Shown here piece by piece: positions 10,253 through 20,786 of a stretch of 64,000 nucleotides of DNA. How positions within the stretch are numbered: position 1 is the stretch's first letter; each line of letters begins with the position of its first letter. The notes beneath the pieces are model-generated. The model was not told where the DNA came from. It searched no databases and saw only the letters and a program-made list of their open reading frames with translations. This stretch comes from Eubacteriales bacterium (lineage in GTDB: Bacteria > Bacillota > Clostridia > Oscillospirales > CAG-272). A program made the translations under genes and the position numbers. The stretch covers positions 11,295 to 75,294 of the forward strand of contig JAZRGT010000045.1 in assembly GCA_045644325.1 (NCBI GenBank), given 5' to 3'.

Positions 10253-10262
10253 TTGCCGATAA

Positions 10263-10291
10263 ATTATACCACAACTCTCGCGTTTTGTCAA
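10263..10291 (-). promoter_or_regulatory. sigmaA promoter for infC-rpmI-rplT
   Basis: TTGACA-17 nt-TATAAT with extended TG. Confidence 0.85.
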
Positions 10292-10402
10292 TAGGTTTTT
10301 GAAAAGTTTTTTGAGTTTTTATATTTTTTCGCACTTTTTCGGCTATGCCTTGACAAGACCGTTCGTAAAGTGATATAATAATTATGAAAAGAGGTGCTAT
10401 AT

Positions 10403-11014
10403 TTGATCAAAAATCTCATATTCGACTTCGGTCAAGTGATGGTTAGCTTCAAGCGCAAATATATGGTTGAACAATTTATCACCGAGGCGGGTGATTCCGC
10501 GCTGCTTCAAAAGGTCGTTTTCGACCGACTTTATTGGGACAAACTTGACGCGGGAACTATTACCGACGAGGAAACTTTACGTCTTGTTTGCGAGCGTCTG
10601 CCAGAAAGGCTTCACGGTTCTGCACGCGAGATATATTACAATTGGATATACAACATTCCGGAGATTCCGGGAATGGTCGAGCTCATCAAAGAGATGAAAG
10701 AAAACTTCGGCGTAAAGATCTATCTGCTTTCCAATATAAGCAAATACTTTGCCTCGCACGTCTCCGAGATCTCCTGTCTTGGCGAATTTGACGGCTTGGT
10801 ATTATCCTCCACCTGCGGTTTCACGAAGCCGCACCGCGAGATTTACGAGCACATCTGCTCAAAATTTTCCCTGATCCCCGAGGAATGTATTTTCATAGAT
10901 GACCGCGCGGACAATATCGAGGGCGCGGAAAGCTACGGCATCAAGGGTTACGTTTTCGACGGCGATGCGGCTCCCCTCAAAGAATATCTGACAAAATTAT
11001 TATCCGACAAATAA
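10403..11014 (+). CDS. HAD-superfamily phosphatase (YihX-like)
   Basis: TTG start after GAGG; IFDFGQV, LSN, KP, FIDD motifs; own TTGACA-18-TATAAT promoter at 10350-10379. Confidence 0.88.
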   Translation: MIKNLIFDFGQVMVSFKRKYMVEQFITEAGDSALLQKVVFDRLYWDKLDAGTITDEETLRLVCERLPERLHGSAREIYYNWIYNIPEIPGMVELIKEMKENFGVKIYLLSNISKYFASHVSEISCLGEFDGLVLSSTCGFTKPHREIYEHICSKFSLIPEECIFIDDRADNIEGAESYGIKGYVFDGDAAPLKEYLTKLLSDK

Positions 11015-11028
11015 AGGAGAAAACTGAA

Positions 11029-11883
11029 ATGAAAAGAAGCGAAATGAAGATCGGCTCTTCGAGCTGTTTTACGGGAAGCCTTACCGAGGAAAAGCTTGCC
11101 CCTCTCGCAAAAGCGGGACTTGATTACCTTGAATACACAGGGAACTACGCTTTCTATATGAGAAGCTGTGATTTCCCCAAGAACGCGGAAAAGATCCTTG
11201 AAACCGTCCGTAAGAGCGGTCTCGAGCCCTGGTCCTTCCATCTTCCCTTCTCGCGCAAGCTTGATATTTCAAATATGGACAAAGAGCTTCGTGCTATTAC
11301 CCTCGTGACCAATCGCACCCTCATCGAGGCTGCTGCACGCGCGGGAGTTAAGGTTATCGTTCTTCACCCCTCCTCCGAGCCCATCACCGACGAGGACCGC
11401 CCCGAAAGACTCCGTCTTTCCCGCGAGGCTATCATTGAGCTTGCAGAGGTTGCAAAAGCAAACGGCGTTCGCCTTGCAGTTGAAAATCTTCCGAGAACCT
11501 GCCTGACCAGAACCTCTGACGAAATGATCGCGCTTGTCAAGGACACCGGTGCGGGAGTTATCTTCGACACCAACCACAACCTCATAGAGGACAACGTAGA
11601 CTACATCAACAACGTAGCAGACGCAGGTCTCGAGCTCCTTTCGGTACATATTTCCGACTACTACCGCGACGAAAACGGCATTCTCGACGAGCGTCATACT
11701 CTTCCCGGCACCGGCATCAACAAATGGAACGAAATCGTTGACACCCTCGTTGCCCGCGGATACGAAGGTCCTCTTATGTATGAGGTTCCCTCCAAGGCAA
11801 AGAACCGCGATCCCGAGGATCCCATAACTCCCGAAGAACTCGCCGCGAATATGCGTGATCTGAGAGACGGAAATATTAAATAA
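11029..11883 (+). CDS. Sugar phosphate isomerase/epimerase (xylose isomerase-like TIM barrel)
   Basis: HLPF, LAVENLP, FDTNH, HISD, HTLPGTG, YE metal-site pattern. Confidence 0.85.
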   Translation: MKRSEMKIGSSSCFTGSLTEEKLAPLAKAGLDYLEYTGNYAFYMRSCDFPKNAEKILETVRKSGLEPWSFHLPFSRKLDISNMDKELRAITLVTNRTLIEAAARAGVKVIVLHPSSEPITDEDRPERLRLSREAIIELAEVAKANGVRLAVENLPRTCLTRTSDEMIALVKDTGAGVIFDTNHNLIEDNVDYINNVADAGLELLSVHISDYYRDENGILDERHTLPGTGINKWNEIVDTLVARGYEGPLMYEVPSKAKNRDPEDPITPEELAANMRDLRDGNIK

Positions 11884-12105
11884 ACGCAAAAAATACACTT
11901 CAATATTTTTGTGCTGTGCGGTTAAATTTCGTTGGGTATAAAAACATAACAAACAAATAAAATCTCGGATATTTTGAAGCATTTAGCCTCAAAATATCCG
12001 AGTTTCTTTTATCGGGACAATAAAATTCACAGAAAACGATGGATTATTATCGCCCAGTCAATTATAAGTTCGATGCTTCCTGCACATCGCGAGATAATTG
12101 ACCTT

Positions 12106-12137
12106 CATTTTGCATTATGCATTTTGCATTATGCACT
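12106..12137. repeat. Short heptamer tandem repeat (TGCATTW)n
   Basis: CATTT TGCATTA TGCATTT TGCATTA TGCACT immediately after the SBP stop codon. Confidence 0.7.
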
Positions 12138-12141
12138 TCGT

Positions 12142-13647
12142 TTATCCAAGCTTTTCTATACCGTTATTGAAAGTCGTGATCTGTCTCTGTACAGCCTTGC
12201 TCTGAGTTGCCCATGCAGACGCGACGGCATTGTTCGTATAGCCGTTCCAAAGTGCGGAGGTGACGTCGATTCCGAAGACCTCGGAGATATCGTATACGAT
12301 AGTCGATTTTACAAGGTCAAGCATAACAATATCGTTGGGATCGTTGATACGACGGCTCTTGATGGTGATCTCGTAGTAAGCGGGCATTACGGTGCGGCTT
12401 GATTCATAAGCCCAGTAATCCATTACGTTTGCGATCATAGTGAAATCAAGAGACTCGGAGTTCGGGATACCCCAAATAAGGGAAAGCTTATCCATCTTGT
12501 GATAATAGGATTCCTGATCTGAGGAGTATTTGGGATTTGGGGCAATTCCGTAGCCCTCACCCTCCATATCGCTCACCTGATTGGTAACTCCCATATTCGC
12601 CTGAACGAAGAGGAAGTGATCCTGAGCAAAGAGGTTTCTGCCGTAGTTATACTTATTTCCGAATTCGGAATATTCCGCGCCATCAGAAGCACCGGTATAG
12701 TCGAGGCATGTGTCGCCCTTGAGAACTGCGGAAAGCTTACTGAAGATGTTGTCGATCTTATCAATGTCGAGATTTACCTTGAGCATTCCCGCCTCATCCT
12801 TGCTCGAAAACTCAACTCCGCAGCCGACGAGAAGGTGGATGGCGTTACCGTTGGTTGCGCCGGTTTCCATAAGAAGTCCGTAGATGTCGTTTCCGGTTCT
12901 TACCTGGTCACCGTCATCGGAGTAGACAGCGCTGACAAGGGAGAGGAAATTATCGAGAGTCCATTGATTTCCCTCAATATAGGTATAGGGGCTTGTAAGC
13001 TGATAGTTCTTGATAAGATTCTTGTTGAAGAAGAAGAATCTTGCACCGGCAAGGTTGCTGACGCTTGTATCGTTCGCCATAATGAAAAGTTTACCGTCGA
13101 TCTCGTAGCCTCGGGCGCAGTTTTCATCCCACCAAGGATTTGAAAAATCAATTCCGAGATTGTTGAAATCGTAAAGATAACCGCTCGTTGCGAGAGCCGC
13201 GAGCTTTTCGCGCTGATTGAGGACGACGTCAAACTCCAATTCTCCCGCAGAAATACCGTTGCGGATGCTTGTATCGATGCTGTCGGAGACGAGCTGCTCA
13301 ATCTTAACACCGTACTTTTCCTCGGTTACTGTATTTCTCGTGTAGACCGCAGACGACATAACGTCGGTCGGCTCTTCTGTTCCTATATAGAAAGCGGGAT
13401 AGGAGGAAGCGGAGGGGCTGCGGGAAATAATCACAAAGGAATCGCCGCCGTAATTCGCCTCAGGGAAAACGGGAGTGGTGTCCTCTACTGTCACCTCTTC
13501 GGTTGCAGCCGCAGTATCGATAACGGACGGTGCCGTGGTATCATCGGTTTCGCTTCCCGTATCTGCGCAGGAAACCATAGAAACCGACATTATAATCAAA
13601 ATCAATGTCAATATCCAAGCAGTTGAACGTATCGTGTAATTTCTCAT
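12142..13647 (-). CDS. Orphan extracellular solute-binding lipoprotein (SBP family 1-like)
   Basis: Lipobox MVSC, Thr/Ala linker, AVYTRN..TEEKYGV, PWW, WTLD, P.PKY, PAYYEITIK; own TTGACA-17-TATAAT promoter at about 13695-13723. Confidence 0.85.
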   Translation of the reverse strand: MRNYTIRSTAWILTLILIIMSVSMVSCADTGSETDDTTAPSVIDTAAATEEVTVEDTTPVFPEANYGGDSFVIISRSPSASSYPAFYIGTEEPTDVMSSAVYTRNTVTEEKYGVKIEQLVSDSIDTSIRNGISAGELEFDVVLNQREKLAALATSGYLYDFNNLGIDFSNPWWDENCARGYEIDGKLFIMANDTSVSNLAGARFFFFNKNLIKNYQLTSPYTYIEGNQWTLDNFLSLVSAVYSDDGDQVRTGNDIYGLLMETGATNGNAIHLLVGCGVEFSSKDEAGMLKVNLDIDKIDNIFSKLSAVLKGDTCLDYTGASDGAEYSEFGNKYNYGRNLFAQDHFLFVQANMGVTNQVSDMEGEGYGIAPNPKYSSDQESYYHKMDKLSLIWGIPNSESLDFTMIANVMDYWAYESSRTVMPAYYEITIKSRRINDPNDIVMLDLVKSTIVYDISEVFGIDVTSALWNGYTNNAVASAWATQSKAVQRQITTFNNGIEKLG

Positions 13648-13764
13648 TTCCAACCTCACTGAAAATAGTATTTCGGTAGATTTCCGATACAGTAATTATA
13701 CATAAATTATGTTTATTTGTCAATAGTTTTGCAACATTTTATAAACGAAGTGGCAAAAAAGATA

Positions 13765-13912
13765 AATAAAAAGGAGTCCGAGGACTCCAAATGGGATAAA
13801 TAAAAAGCAACGGCGGTGACCGATCTCCGCGTCAAAACGTATCATAAGCTTGATAGTCCGCAGAAAAAGGTGACCGTCGTGCATTCGAGGCCGCGACACT
13901 ATTGCGTTGCGT
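13765..13912 (-). ncRNA. Candidate stand-alone structured small RNA
   Basis: TTTACT-17-TATAAT at 13919-13947; long irregular hairpin; two hairpins each followed by CTTTTTATTTATC; no SD-led ORF. Confidence 0.5.
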
Positions 13913-14304
13913 GTTGACATTATACAACATTTTCGGCGAAAAGTAAATATCCAAAATGACGAATATTTTCACTTTTTTTCGTGCAAAAGCGACAAAGTAG
14001 AAAATAGCCTATAAAACACGCCCGTTTTTAGTGCATTATCACAACGACAAGGACTGCGACATAGCAAAATACACAAAATATAACTCTACGTTTAGGCAAA
14101 TTGACCGAAATGTTAATACGATTTAAAATTCGTCAAACAGAATCTTTTTTAGATTTTTTAATAATTCTTTTCATTAAGTATAGATTTTTTCAAAATTCTA
14201 TGATATAATATTATAATAAATTATAATCGCATAATCATACGCATCTGCATTCATATATTTTTCCGCCTTGCGGTGCGGTGCGTATTACCGAAAGGATAGA
14301 ATAA

Positions 14305-16761
14305 ATGCCCCATTACACAGAAAAAATCGACCAGATCACACTTCCCGTCATTCCGATAGGCGACGCCGTTGCGTTTCCGCCCTTCCCTATCGGCATCGAG
14401 CTTGACGACAAGCTCGTTTCCGCCGCTGTTGAAGCAGCGGGTGCGACCGGAATGCTCGTTTTTCTCGTTTCCGAAAACGGAGAGCTTGAAGGTCAGGAGC
14501 CACCCGAAACCCTGTTCAACGTAGGTACGATTGCAAAGATCAGACAGAGTGTCAAGAACGATAACGGAACCAATCTTCTCTGCGAATGCCGCTCTCGCGC
14601 CATCGCAATCGACTACAAAAAGACCGGCAAGATCATAACAGCTTCCCTCATTGCCAAAGAGATCTCACTCGTTGACGATGGCGGTCTCAAGGGTGAGGCA
14701 TACTGCCGTGAGCTGCGCCGCGAGCTCGACCGTATGCTGGGCTACGTAGGTAAGGCCTCCAGCACGATACGCGACGAGGCTAAAAGAATGACCGATCCCG
14801 CTCTTCTCTGCGACTTTATAGCTTCCTCGGTTCTCGTCCGCTTCTTAGACAAGCGTAAGATACTCGCGGAGTTCGATCCCTTTGAGCGCGCAGAGCTCCT
14901 GCTCGAAATTCTCAGAAGCGAAAGCGATCTGATGCGCTACGAAAACGAGATTCAGGAAAAAACACGCGCTCGCGTTGCCCAGAATCAACGCGAATATTAT
15001 ATGCGCGAGCAGCTCAAAGCACTCGAGGACGAGCTCGGAATGAACGAGGAGGATCCCGACGACTGTACCTCAAAGATCAGAAATGCGGATATTCCCGATG
15101 AGGTTCGTGAAAAGCTGTTCAAAGAAAATGACCGCCTTTCCAAAACTCCCTTCGGCTCTGCCGAAGCGGCGGTTCTCCGCAACTATATCGAAACAGTTCT
15201 CGAGCTCCCTTGGAACAAGAGAACCGCTGACCGCGTAAGCGTTTCGGCGGCAAAGAAGATTCTCGATGCCGATCACGACGGAATGAAGAAGGTCAAGGAG
15301 CGCATCCTTGAATACCTTGCGGTCAAGCAGCTTTCTCCCGAACTCAAAAACCAGATCATCTGCCTTGTCGGCCCTCCCGGCACGGGTAAGACCTCTATCG
15401 CGGCTTCTATCGCAAACGCGATGAACCGCAAATATATCCGCGTATCCCTCGGCGGTATTCACGATGAATCCGATATCCGCGGCCACAGAAAGACCTACGT
15501 TGCCTCGATGCCCGGCAGAATTATGGCAGCTATGGAAAAGGTCGGCGTCAAGAACCCCTTGATGCTTCTCGACGAGATCGACAAACTGACCTCCGATATG
15601 CGCGGTGACCCCGCATCAGCTCTCCTCGAGGTTCTCGACCCCGAGCAGAACAAGACCTTCCGCGACCACTTTATCGAGCTCGATTTCGATCTTTCGGAAT
15701 GTCTGTTCATCACCACGGCAAATACTCTTGATACCATCCCGCGCCCCTTGCTCGACCGTATGGAGGTAATCGAGCTCTCAAGCTACACTCGCCGCGAAAA
15801 GCTCGCTATCGCGAAAAACCATCTTCTTCCGAAGCAGCGCGAGCGTCACGGTCTTGACGGCCGTAAGCTCAGAATGACCGACGAGGCACTTTACGAGATC
15901 ATCGACTGCTACGTCCGCGAGGCGGGTGTCCGTAATCTTGAACGCACCATTGCAGAGCTTTGCCGCAAGGCTGCCAAAAAGATCGTCGAATCCGAGGGTA
16001 CGATCAAGCGCATCACTATTGATAAAAACGATATCGCCTCCTATCTCGGCGGCAGAAAAATACTCCCCGAGCTCACAGCTAAGGAAGACCTCGTTGGCGT
16101 TGTTAACGGTCTCGCATACACTGAAGTGGGCGGAGATATGCTCAAGGTTGAGGTTGCGATTCTTGAGGGAACCGGTAAGCTCGAGCTGACGGGTTCGCTT
16201 GGCGACGTTATGAAGGAATCGGCAAAGGCTGCGCTCACCTATATCCGTTCGATCGCGTCGAAATACGGTATTCCCGCAGATTTCTATAAGACGAAAGACA
16301 TACATATCCACGTTCCCGAAGGCGCGGTTCCGAAGGACGGTCCTTCCGCGGGCGTGACAATGACGACGGCTCTCTGCTCGGCTCTTTCGGGCATCCCCGT
16401 GCGTCACGATGTGGCTATGACGGGTGAGGTCACTCTCACCGGAAGAGTTCTCGCTATCGGCGGACTCCGCGAAAAGACTATGGCAGCTTACGCCGCAGGC
16501 ATTAAGACCGTGCTCATCCCCGCGGACAACGAGGTCAATCTCGAGGAGGTCGACGAAGAGGTACGCGCTAACATTAAATTCATCACCTGCCGCCGCGCAG
16601 AAGAGGTTCTCGCTCACGCGCTCGTCTCTTCTCCCGCAGATGAGATCTTCACTGAAAACGGTAAGTCGGATGAAGGATATGAAAGCACGCTTTCTGGCGT
16701 TATCATCAACAATCCCACAGCGGAAATTCCCGCTATAAGAGGCAAGAAACATGGCAATTAA
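14305..16761 (+). CDS. lon: ATP-dependent Lon protease
   Basis: [24 protein letters not shown] catalytic Ser, IGGLREK. Confidence 0.97.
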   Translation: MPHYTEKIDQITLPVIPIGDAVAFPPFPIGIELDDKLVSAAVEAAGATGMLVFLVSENGELEGQEPPETLFNVGTIAKIRQSVKNDNGTNLLCECRSRAIAIDYKKTGKIITASLIAKEISLVDDGGLKGEAYCRELRRELDRMLGYVGKASSTIRDEAKRMTDPALLCDFIASSVLVRFLDKRKILAEFDPFERAELLLEILRSESDLMRYENEIQEKTRARVAQNQREYYMREQLKALEDELGMNEEDPDDCTSKIRNADIPDEVREKLFKENDRLSKTPFGSAEAAVLRNYIETVLELPWNKRTADRVSVSAAKKILDADHDGMKKVKERILEYLAVKQLSPELKNQIICLVGPPGTGKTSIAASIANAMNRKYIRVSLGGIHDESDIRGHRKTYVASMPGRIMAAMEKVGVKNPLMLLDEIDKLTSDMRGDPASALLEVLDPEQNKTFRDHFIELDFDLSECLFITTANTLDTIPRPLLDRMEVIELSSYTRREKLAIAKNHLLPKQRERHGLDGRKLRMTDEALYEIIDCYVREAGVRNLERTIAELCRKAAKKIVESEGTIKRITIDKNDIASYLGGRKILPELTAKEDLVGVVNGLAYTEVGGDMLKVEVAILEGTGKLELTGSLGDVMKESAKAALTYIRSIASKYGIPADFYKTKDIHIHVPEGAVPKDGPSAGVTMTTALCSALSGIPVRHDVAMTGEVTLTGRVLAIGGLREKTMAAYAAGIKTVLIPADNEVNLEEVDEEVRANIKFITCRRAEEVLAHALVSSPADEIFTENGKSDEGYESTLSGVIINNPTAEIPAIRGKKHGN

Positions 16762-17356
16762 TATTCAGAATTCAAATCTCGAGATCACCGCGGGCAGAAT
16801 CGATCAGTTCCCGAGCAAGGCTATCCCTCAGATAGTATTTTCGGGCAGATCGAACGTGGGCAAGAGCTCTCTTATCAACACCATGCTCGGCAGAAAGTCG
16901 CTCGCACGCGTCAGTTCGGCTCCCGGTAAGACCATTACAGTCAATTTCTACAACGTAGATAACAAGATAATGCTCGTCGACCTTCCCGGCTACGGCTTTG
17001 CGAAGCGTCCCGAAAGCGAAAAGAAGCGTTGGAGCGCACTTACCGACGGTTATTTTACCAACAACCCCAACTTCGACCGTCTCAAGCTCGCAGTTCAGCT
17101 CGTCGACCTTGAGGTAGGTCCCACTCAGGATGACCTGATGATGATCAACTATCTCGCAGAGATGGAGATTCCCTTCGTCATCGTGGCATCAAAGGCAGAC
17201 AAACCCAACAAAACCAACCGCGCAAAGGCTCTCGAGCTCCTTCACAACCACGAGTACATTCCCGAGGGAACCGAGATCATTCCCTTCTCGGCAAAGTCGG
17301 GTGAAGGAAAGGAGCAGCTCTGGAAGCTCTTCTTTGCGGTCACTTCGCAAAAATAA
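16751..17356 (+). CDS. engB: Ribosome biogenesis GTPase EngB/YsxC
   Basis: GRSNVGKSS, PGKT, DLPGYG, SKADK; lon-engB synteny. Confidence 0.95.
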   Translation: MAINIQNSNLEITAGRIDQFPSKAIPQIVFSGRSNVGKSSLINTMLGRKSLARVSSAPGKTITVNFYNVDNKIMLVDLPGYGFAKRPESEKKRWSALTDGYFTNNPNFDRLKLAVQLVDLEVGPTQDDLMMINYLAEMEIPFVIVASKADKPNKTNRAKALELLHNHEYIPEGTEIIPFSAKSGEGKEQLWKLFFAVTSQK

Positions 17357-17362
17357 ACTAAA

Positions 17363-18070
17363 ATGTTCAGATATCTTATTACAAACGGGCTCGACGGGAT
17401 TCAAGGCTACCTCGTCTCGCTTGCCCTTACTCTGCCGATAATTTTGTTCTCGCTCACTTTACACGAATGTGCTCACGGCTGGATGGCTATGAAGCTCGGC
17501 GACCGCACCGCTTACAATCTCGGCAGACTTACTCTCAATCCGATAAAGCACCTCGATCCCATCGGATTTATCTGTATGCTCATCTTCGGCTACGGATGGG
17601 CAAAGCCCGTTCCGATCGTGGTTCGTAACTTCAAGAATCCGCGCAAGGGTATGGCGATCTCCGCTATCGCAGGACCGATCAGCAATCTGCTCCTCGGCTT
17701 TTGCTTCGTCATTCTTCATTATGTTGCGCAATACGTGATCTATCTTATTTTCGGATTCGGAAGCTCGATAACCGAAAGATCACTTATCATCTGCCAGCTC
17801 GTTCTCATTTTCTTTCAGATGGGAGCACAGCTCAATGTCTATCTCGCCGTATTCAACCTCCTTCCCGTACCGCCCTTTGACGGCTCGAGATTTTTCTACG
17901 TATTTCTGCCGCCCAAGTGGTACTTCAAGGTTATGCAGTACGAAAGATACATTATGATCGGCATTCTCGTTCTGTTTTATTTCGGTATACTTTCGATACC
18001 GCTTGATTTCATTTCGGGTCTGATCCTCGACGGCATGTATTGGCTCGTCGGTCTCATCCCGATTTTCTGA
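17363..18070 (+). CDS. Site-2 protease (M50) family membrane metalloprotease
   Basis: HECAH, GRLTLNP, AGPISN, FNLLPVPPFDG. Confidence 0.93.
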   Translation: MFRYLITNGLDGIQGYLVSLALTLPIILFSLTLHECAHGWMAMKLGDRTAYNLGRLTLNPIKHLDPIGFICMLIFGYGWAKPVPIVVRNFKNPRKGMAISAIAGPISNLLLGFCFVILHYVAQYVIYLIFGFGSSITERSLIICQLVLIFFQMGAQLNVYLAVFNLLPVPPFDGSRFFYVFLPPKWYFKVMQYERYIMIGILVLFYFGILSIPLDFISGLILDGMYWLVGLIPIF

Positions 18071-18077
18071 GGACATT

Positions 18078-18869
18078 ATGGAAGAAACCATTTCTTACAA
18101 GCTTGAGAAGTTTGAAGGCCCTCTCGACCTGCTTCTCTCGCTGATCAAAAAAAACAAGGTGCAGATAGAGGATATACCGATATCCCTCATCTGCGAGCAA
18201 TACGTTGAATATATCGCCAAGGCGCAAAAGCTCGATATGGAGCTTGCGGTGGAATTCCTCGTTATGGCAAGCGATCTGATGTTCATCAAGAGCAAGATGC
18301 TTCTGCCGCGTGAGGAGGACGAACCCGAGGAAGACCCTCGTGCAAAGCTGGCGGATGCTCTTGCAAGGCTCGAAGCCGCAAAGAGCGTTGCGGGCGAGCT
18401 CGGCAAGCGTTACGCGCAGTACTCGGGACGTATGGCAAAGGATTCGGAGGATATCTCCCCCGATAAAACCTACGTTAAGGACTATGACGCCGCGGTGCTC
18501 GTTCCCGCTATGCGCCGCGTGCTTGCGGAATACCGCGATACAGAGGCAATCTCAACGGGTCTCGTTCGTCCGATCGTGGCGCGGCCGATAGTTCCCGTCC
18601 GTATAAAAATTATGGGCATTATGAGGCATTTCAAGGATCTTGAATCCCGCCCCTCGCTCGGTGATCTTCTTGACGAAGCCGACTCACGCCCCGAGCTCGT
18701 TGCCATCTTCATCGGTGTTCTTGAGCTTATCAAGATGAAGCGCGTGCTTCTTGTTGAGGAGCTCGATGAATTCGGTAATCCTCGCGGAATTTCAACGAGA
18801 TTCAAGGCAAATCCCGAATTCGGCACAGAGCTTCCCGACGATCTCGAGATCGACGGCTACAACGAATAA
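18078..18869 (+). CDS. scpA: Segregation and condensation protein A
   Basis: FEGPLDLLLSLI, EFLVMAS, IKSKMLLP, FIGVLEL. Confidence 0.94.
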   Translation: MEETISYKLEKFEGPLDLLLSLIKKNKVQIEDIPISLICEQYVEYIAKAQKLDMELAVEFLVMASDLMFIKSKMLLPREEDEPEEDPRAKLADALARLEAAKSVAGELGKRYAQYSGRMAKDSEDISPDKTYVKDYDAAVLVPAMRRVLAEYRDTEAISTGLVRPIVARPIVPVRIKIMGIMRHFKDLESRPSLGDLLDEADSRPELVAIFIGVLELIKMKRVLLVEELDEFGNPRGISTRFKANPEFGTELPDDLEIDGYNE

Positions 18870-18888
18870 CATATTTAAGGTAAACAAA

Positions 18889-19554
18889 ATGGATCAGGAA
18901 AATAAACTTTCGGAAATTCGCAAGATTGAGGGCGCGCTTGAGGCTATACTCTTTGCGGCGGGTCATCCCGTCAGCTACGAAAAGATCGGCGAGGCTCTTG
19001 AGCTGACTCCCGGCGACGCCAAAAGAATCGCAGAGCATCTTGCGGAAAAATACAACAACAACACCGACGGCGGCATTATGATGCTCCTCTTCCCCGACAC
19101 CTGTCAGCTTTGCTCGCGCGAGGATTACATCCCCTACGTCCGCATTGCTCTCGGCATACGCCGCGGAGGAAATCTTTCGAACTCGGCTCTCGAGGTTCTT
19201 GCCATCGTCGCGTACAATCAGCCGGTAACGCGTTCCTTTATCGACACGGTGCGCGGAGTTGACTCGGCTTACGCGGTCGGTTCGCTCCTTGACAAGGAAT
19301 TGATCGAGCCCTGCGGCAAGCTTGATGCCCCCGGCAGACCCACGCTCCTTGCAACCACGGAAAAATTCCTTCGTGTATTCGGTCTTAATAATCTCGGTGA
19401 TCTTCCCGAGGGCGGCGCACTTCGCGGTGCGGCTGACGCTCTCCTTGAAGCCGAGGAGGAAGACGAACAGCTTTCGCTCGAGCTTGATGACACCGCCTCC
19501 CCCGACGCTACCGCCGAGGATGAGGAAGAGCTCTACACTCCCGACGAGGAATAA
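18889..19554 (+). CDS. scpB: Segregation and condensation protein B
   Basis: ATG at 18889; EAILFAAG, ALEVLAIVAYNQPVTR, RGV, PGRP, TTEKFL. Confidence 0.95.
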   Translation: MDQENKLSEIRKIEGALEAILFAAGHPVSYEKIGEALELTPGDAKRIAEHLAEKYNNNTDGGIMMLLFPDTCQLCSREDYIPYVRIALGIRRGGNLSNSALEVLAIVAYNQPVTRSFIDTVRGVDSAYAVGSLLDKELIEPCGKLDAPGRPTLLATTEKFLRVFGLNNLGDLPEGGALRGAADALLEAEEEDEQLSLELDDTASPDATAEDEEELYTPDEE

Positions 19555-19579
19555 AAATCTTCAAAAAACATAAAGGCAG

Positions 19580-20263
19580 GTGATTCATCTGACAGCACTA
19601 TACATCATCGGCGGCATTGTACTCTTTTTCGCCTTTATAGCATCTCTGCGTGCCGAGGTTTTAATTGCATATTCGGATGAATTCGCCCTGACCATACGGG
19701 TGCTCGGCATACCGATTAAAATTCTTCCGAAAAAGAAGAAAAAAGTAAAGATCTCCGCCTACTCGCGCAAGAACCGCGCGAAATACGAGGCGGCGGAAAA
19801 GGAAAAGGCTCTCAAAAAGGCAAAAAAGAAAGCCGACAAGAAAAAGAAAAAGGATGCCGCCAAGGCAAAGAAAAAAGCCGACAAGGCCGCGGGAAAGGCG
19901 AAGCCGAAAAAGCCGATAGGTGACATCATCGATATGATAAGAGATCTTGTCGCGGTTGCCGTTCTTCGCTTCGCAAAGCACCTTCGCATCCGCATTGCAA
20001 GACTTCACATTGCTGTCGGAACGGGTGACGCCGCATCAACGGCTATTCTCTACGGTGCGATCGCGCCCACGGTTGCGTGCATTGCGGCATATCTCGACTC
20101 AACCTCAACTCTTCGCCATCCCACCAAAACAGACGTCGATATACACGCAGACTATCTTTCGGAAAAGATGGTGATCGACATTGAGATCGGATTCTCGATA
20201 TGCGTATGGCAGCTTTTCGATATTCTCTTCCGCACGGGCTTCAGGCTCACCAAACATTTGTAA
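19580..20263 (+). CDS. DUF2953-like protein with Lys-rich insert
   Basis: N-terminal TM, GTGDAASTAILYG motif, position between scpB and ytfJ. Confidence 0.75.
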   Translation: MIHLTALYIIGGIVLFFAFIASLRAEVLIAYSDEFALTIRVLGIPIKILPKKKKKVKISAYSRKNRAKYEAAEKEKALKKAKKKADKKKKKDAAKAKKKADKAAGKAKPKKPIGDIIDMIRDLVAVAVLRFAKHLRIRIARLHIAVGTGDAASTAILYGAIAPTVACIAAYLDSTSTLRHPTKTDVDIHADYLSEKMVIDIEIGFSICVWQLFDILFRTGFRLTKHL

Positions 20264-20300
20264 AATAATATTTGATTCATATATGAAAGGATCTAAAGCT

Positions 20301-20729
20301 ATGGCAAACGAAAACAAGCTTCAGGAAATCATCGCCGCGTCCCTCGAAAATATCCGTTCTATGGTTGACGCGAACACCGTAATCGGTAATCCCATCAACA
20401 CCCCTCAGGGTACTACCATCATCCCCGTTTCCAAGATCTCTCTCGGCTTCGCATCGGGCGGTCTTGATTATGCAAGCAAGACAGAGGAGGCTGTCCGCGC
20501 ACGCCTTCAGAATTTCGGCGGCGGAGGAGGAACAGGTCTTTCCGTTGTTCCCGTAGGTTTCCTTGTTGTATCTCCCGACGGTTCTGTCGATATGATCAAC
20601 GTAGGTATGGAATACAAGAGCGGCCCTATCGAGCAGGTTGCCGACGTTGTTGAACGCGCTCCCGAGATCATCGCAAAGATCAAAGCTTTCTTCGCCAAGG
20701 ACGCAGAGCCCGACACCGAGGAAGAATAA
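20301..20729 (+). CDS. ytfJ: GerW/YtfJ sporulation protein
   Basis: MVDANTVIGNPI, IIPVSKIS.GFASGG, FGGGGG, PVGFLV. Confidence 0.92.
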   Translation: MANENKLQEIIAASLENIRSMVDANTVIGNPINTPQGTTIIPVSKISLGFASGGLDYASKTEEAVRARLQNFGGGGGTGLSVVPVGFLVVSPDGSVDMINVGMEYKSGPIEQVADVVERAPEIIAKIKAFFAKDAEPDTEEE

Positions 20730-20786
20730 GAATATCTTTTCGCCTTTCGAAATATATTTTCATAAGAATATATTTCGAGGTGAAAA

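Noticed and set aside
13720-13920. 66-aa ORF with a hydrophobic tail (possible type I toxin)
   Set aside because: Its ATG overlaps the -10 box, there is no SD, and the hydrophobicity comes from T-rich terminator tails; an RNA interpretation fits better, though a peptide is not excluded
19730-19915. A-rich low-complexity tract
   Set aside because: Encodes an in-frame Lys/Ala-rich segment of the DUF2953-like protein; not a DNA repeat element
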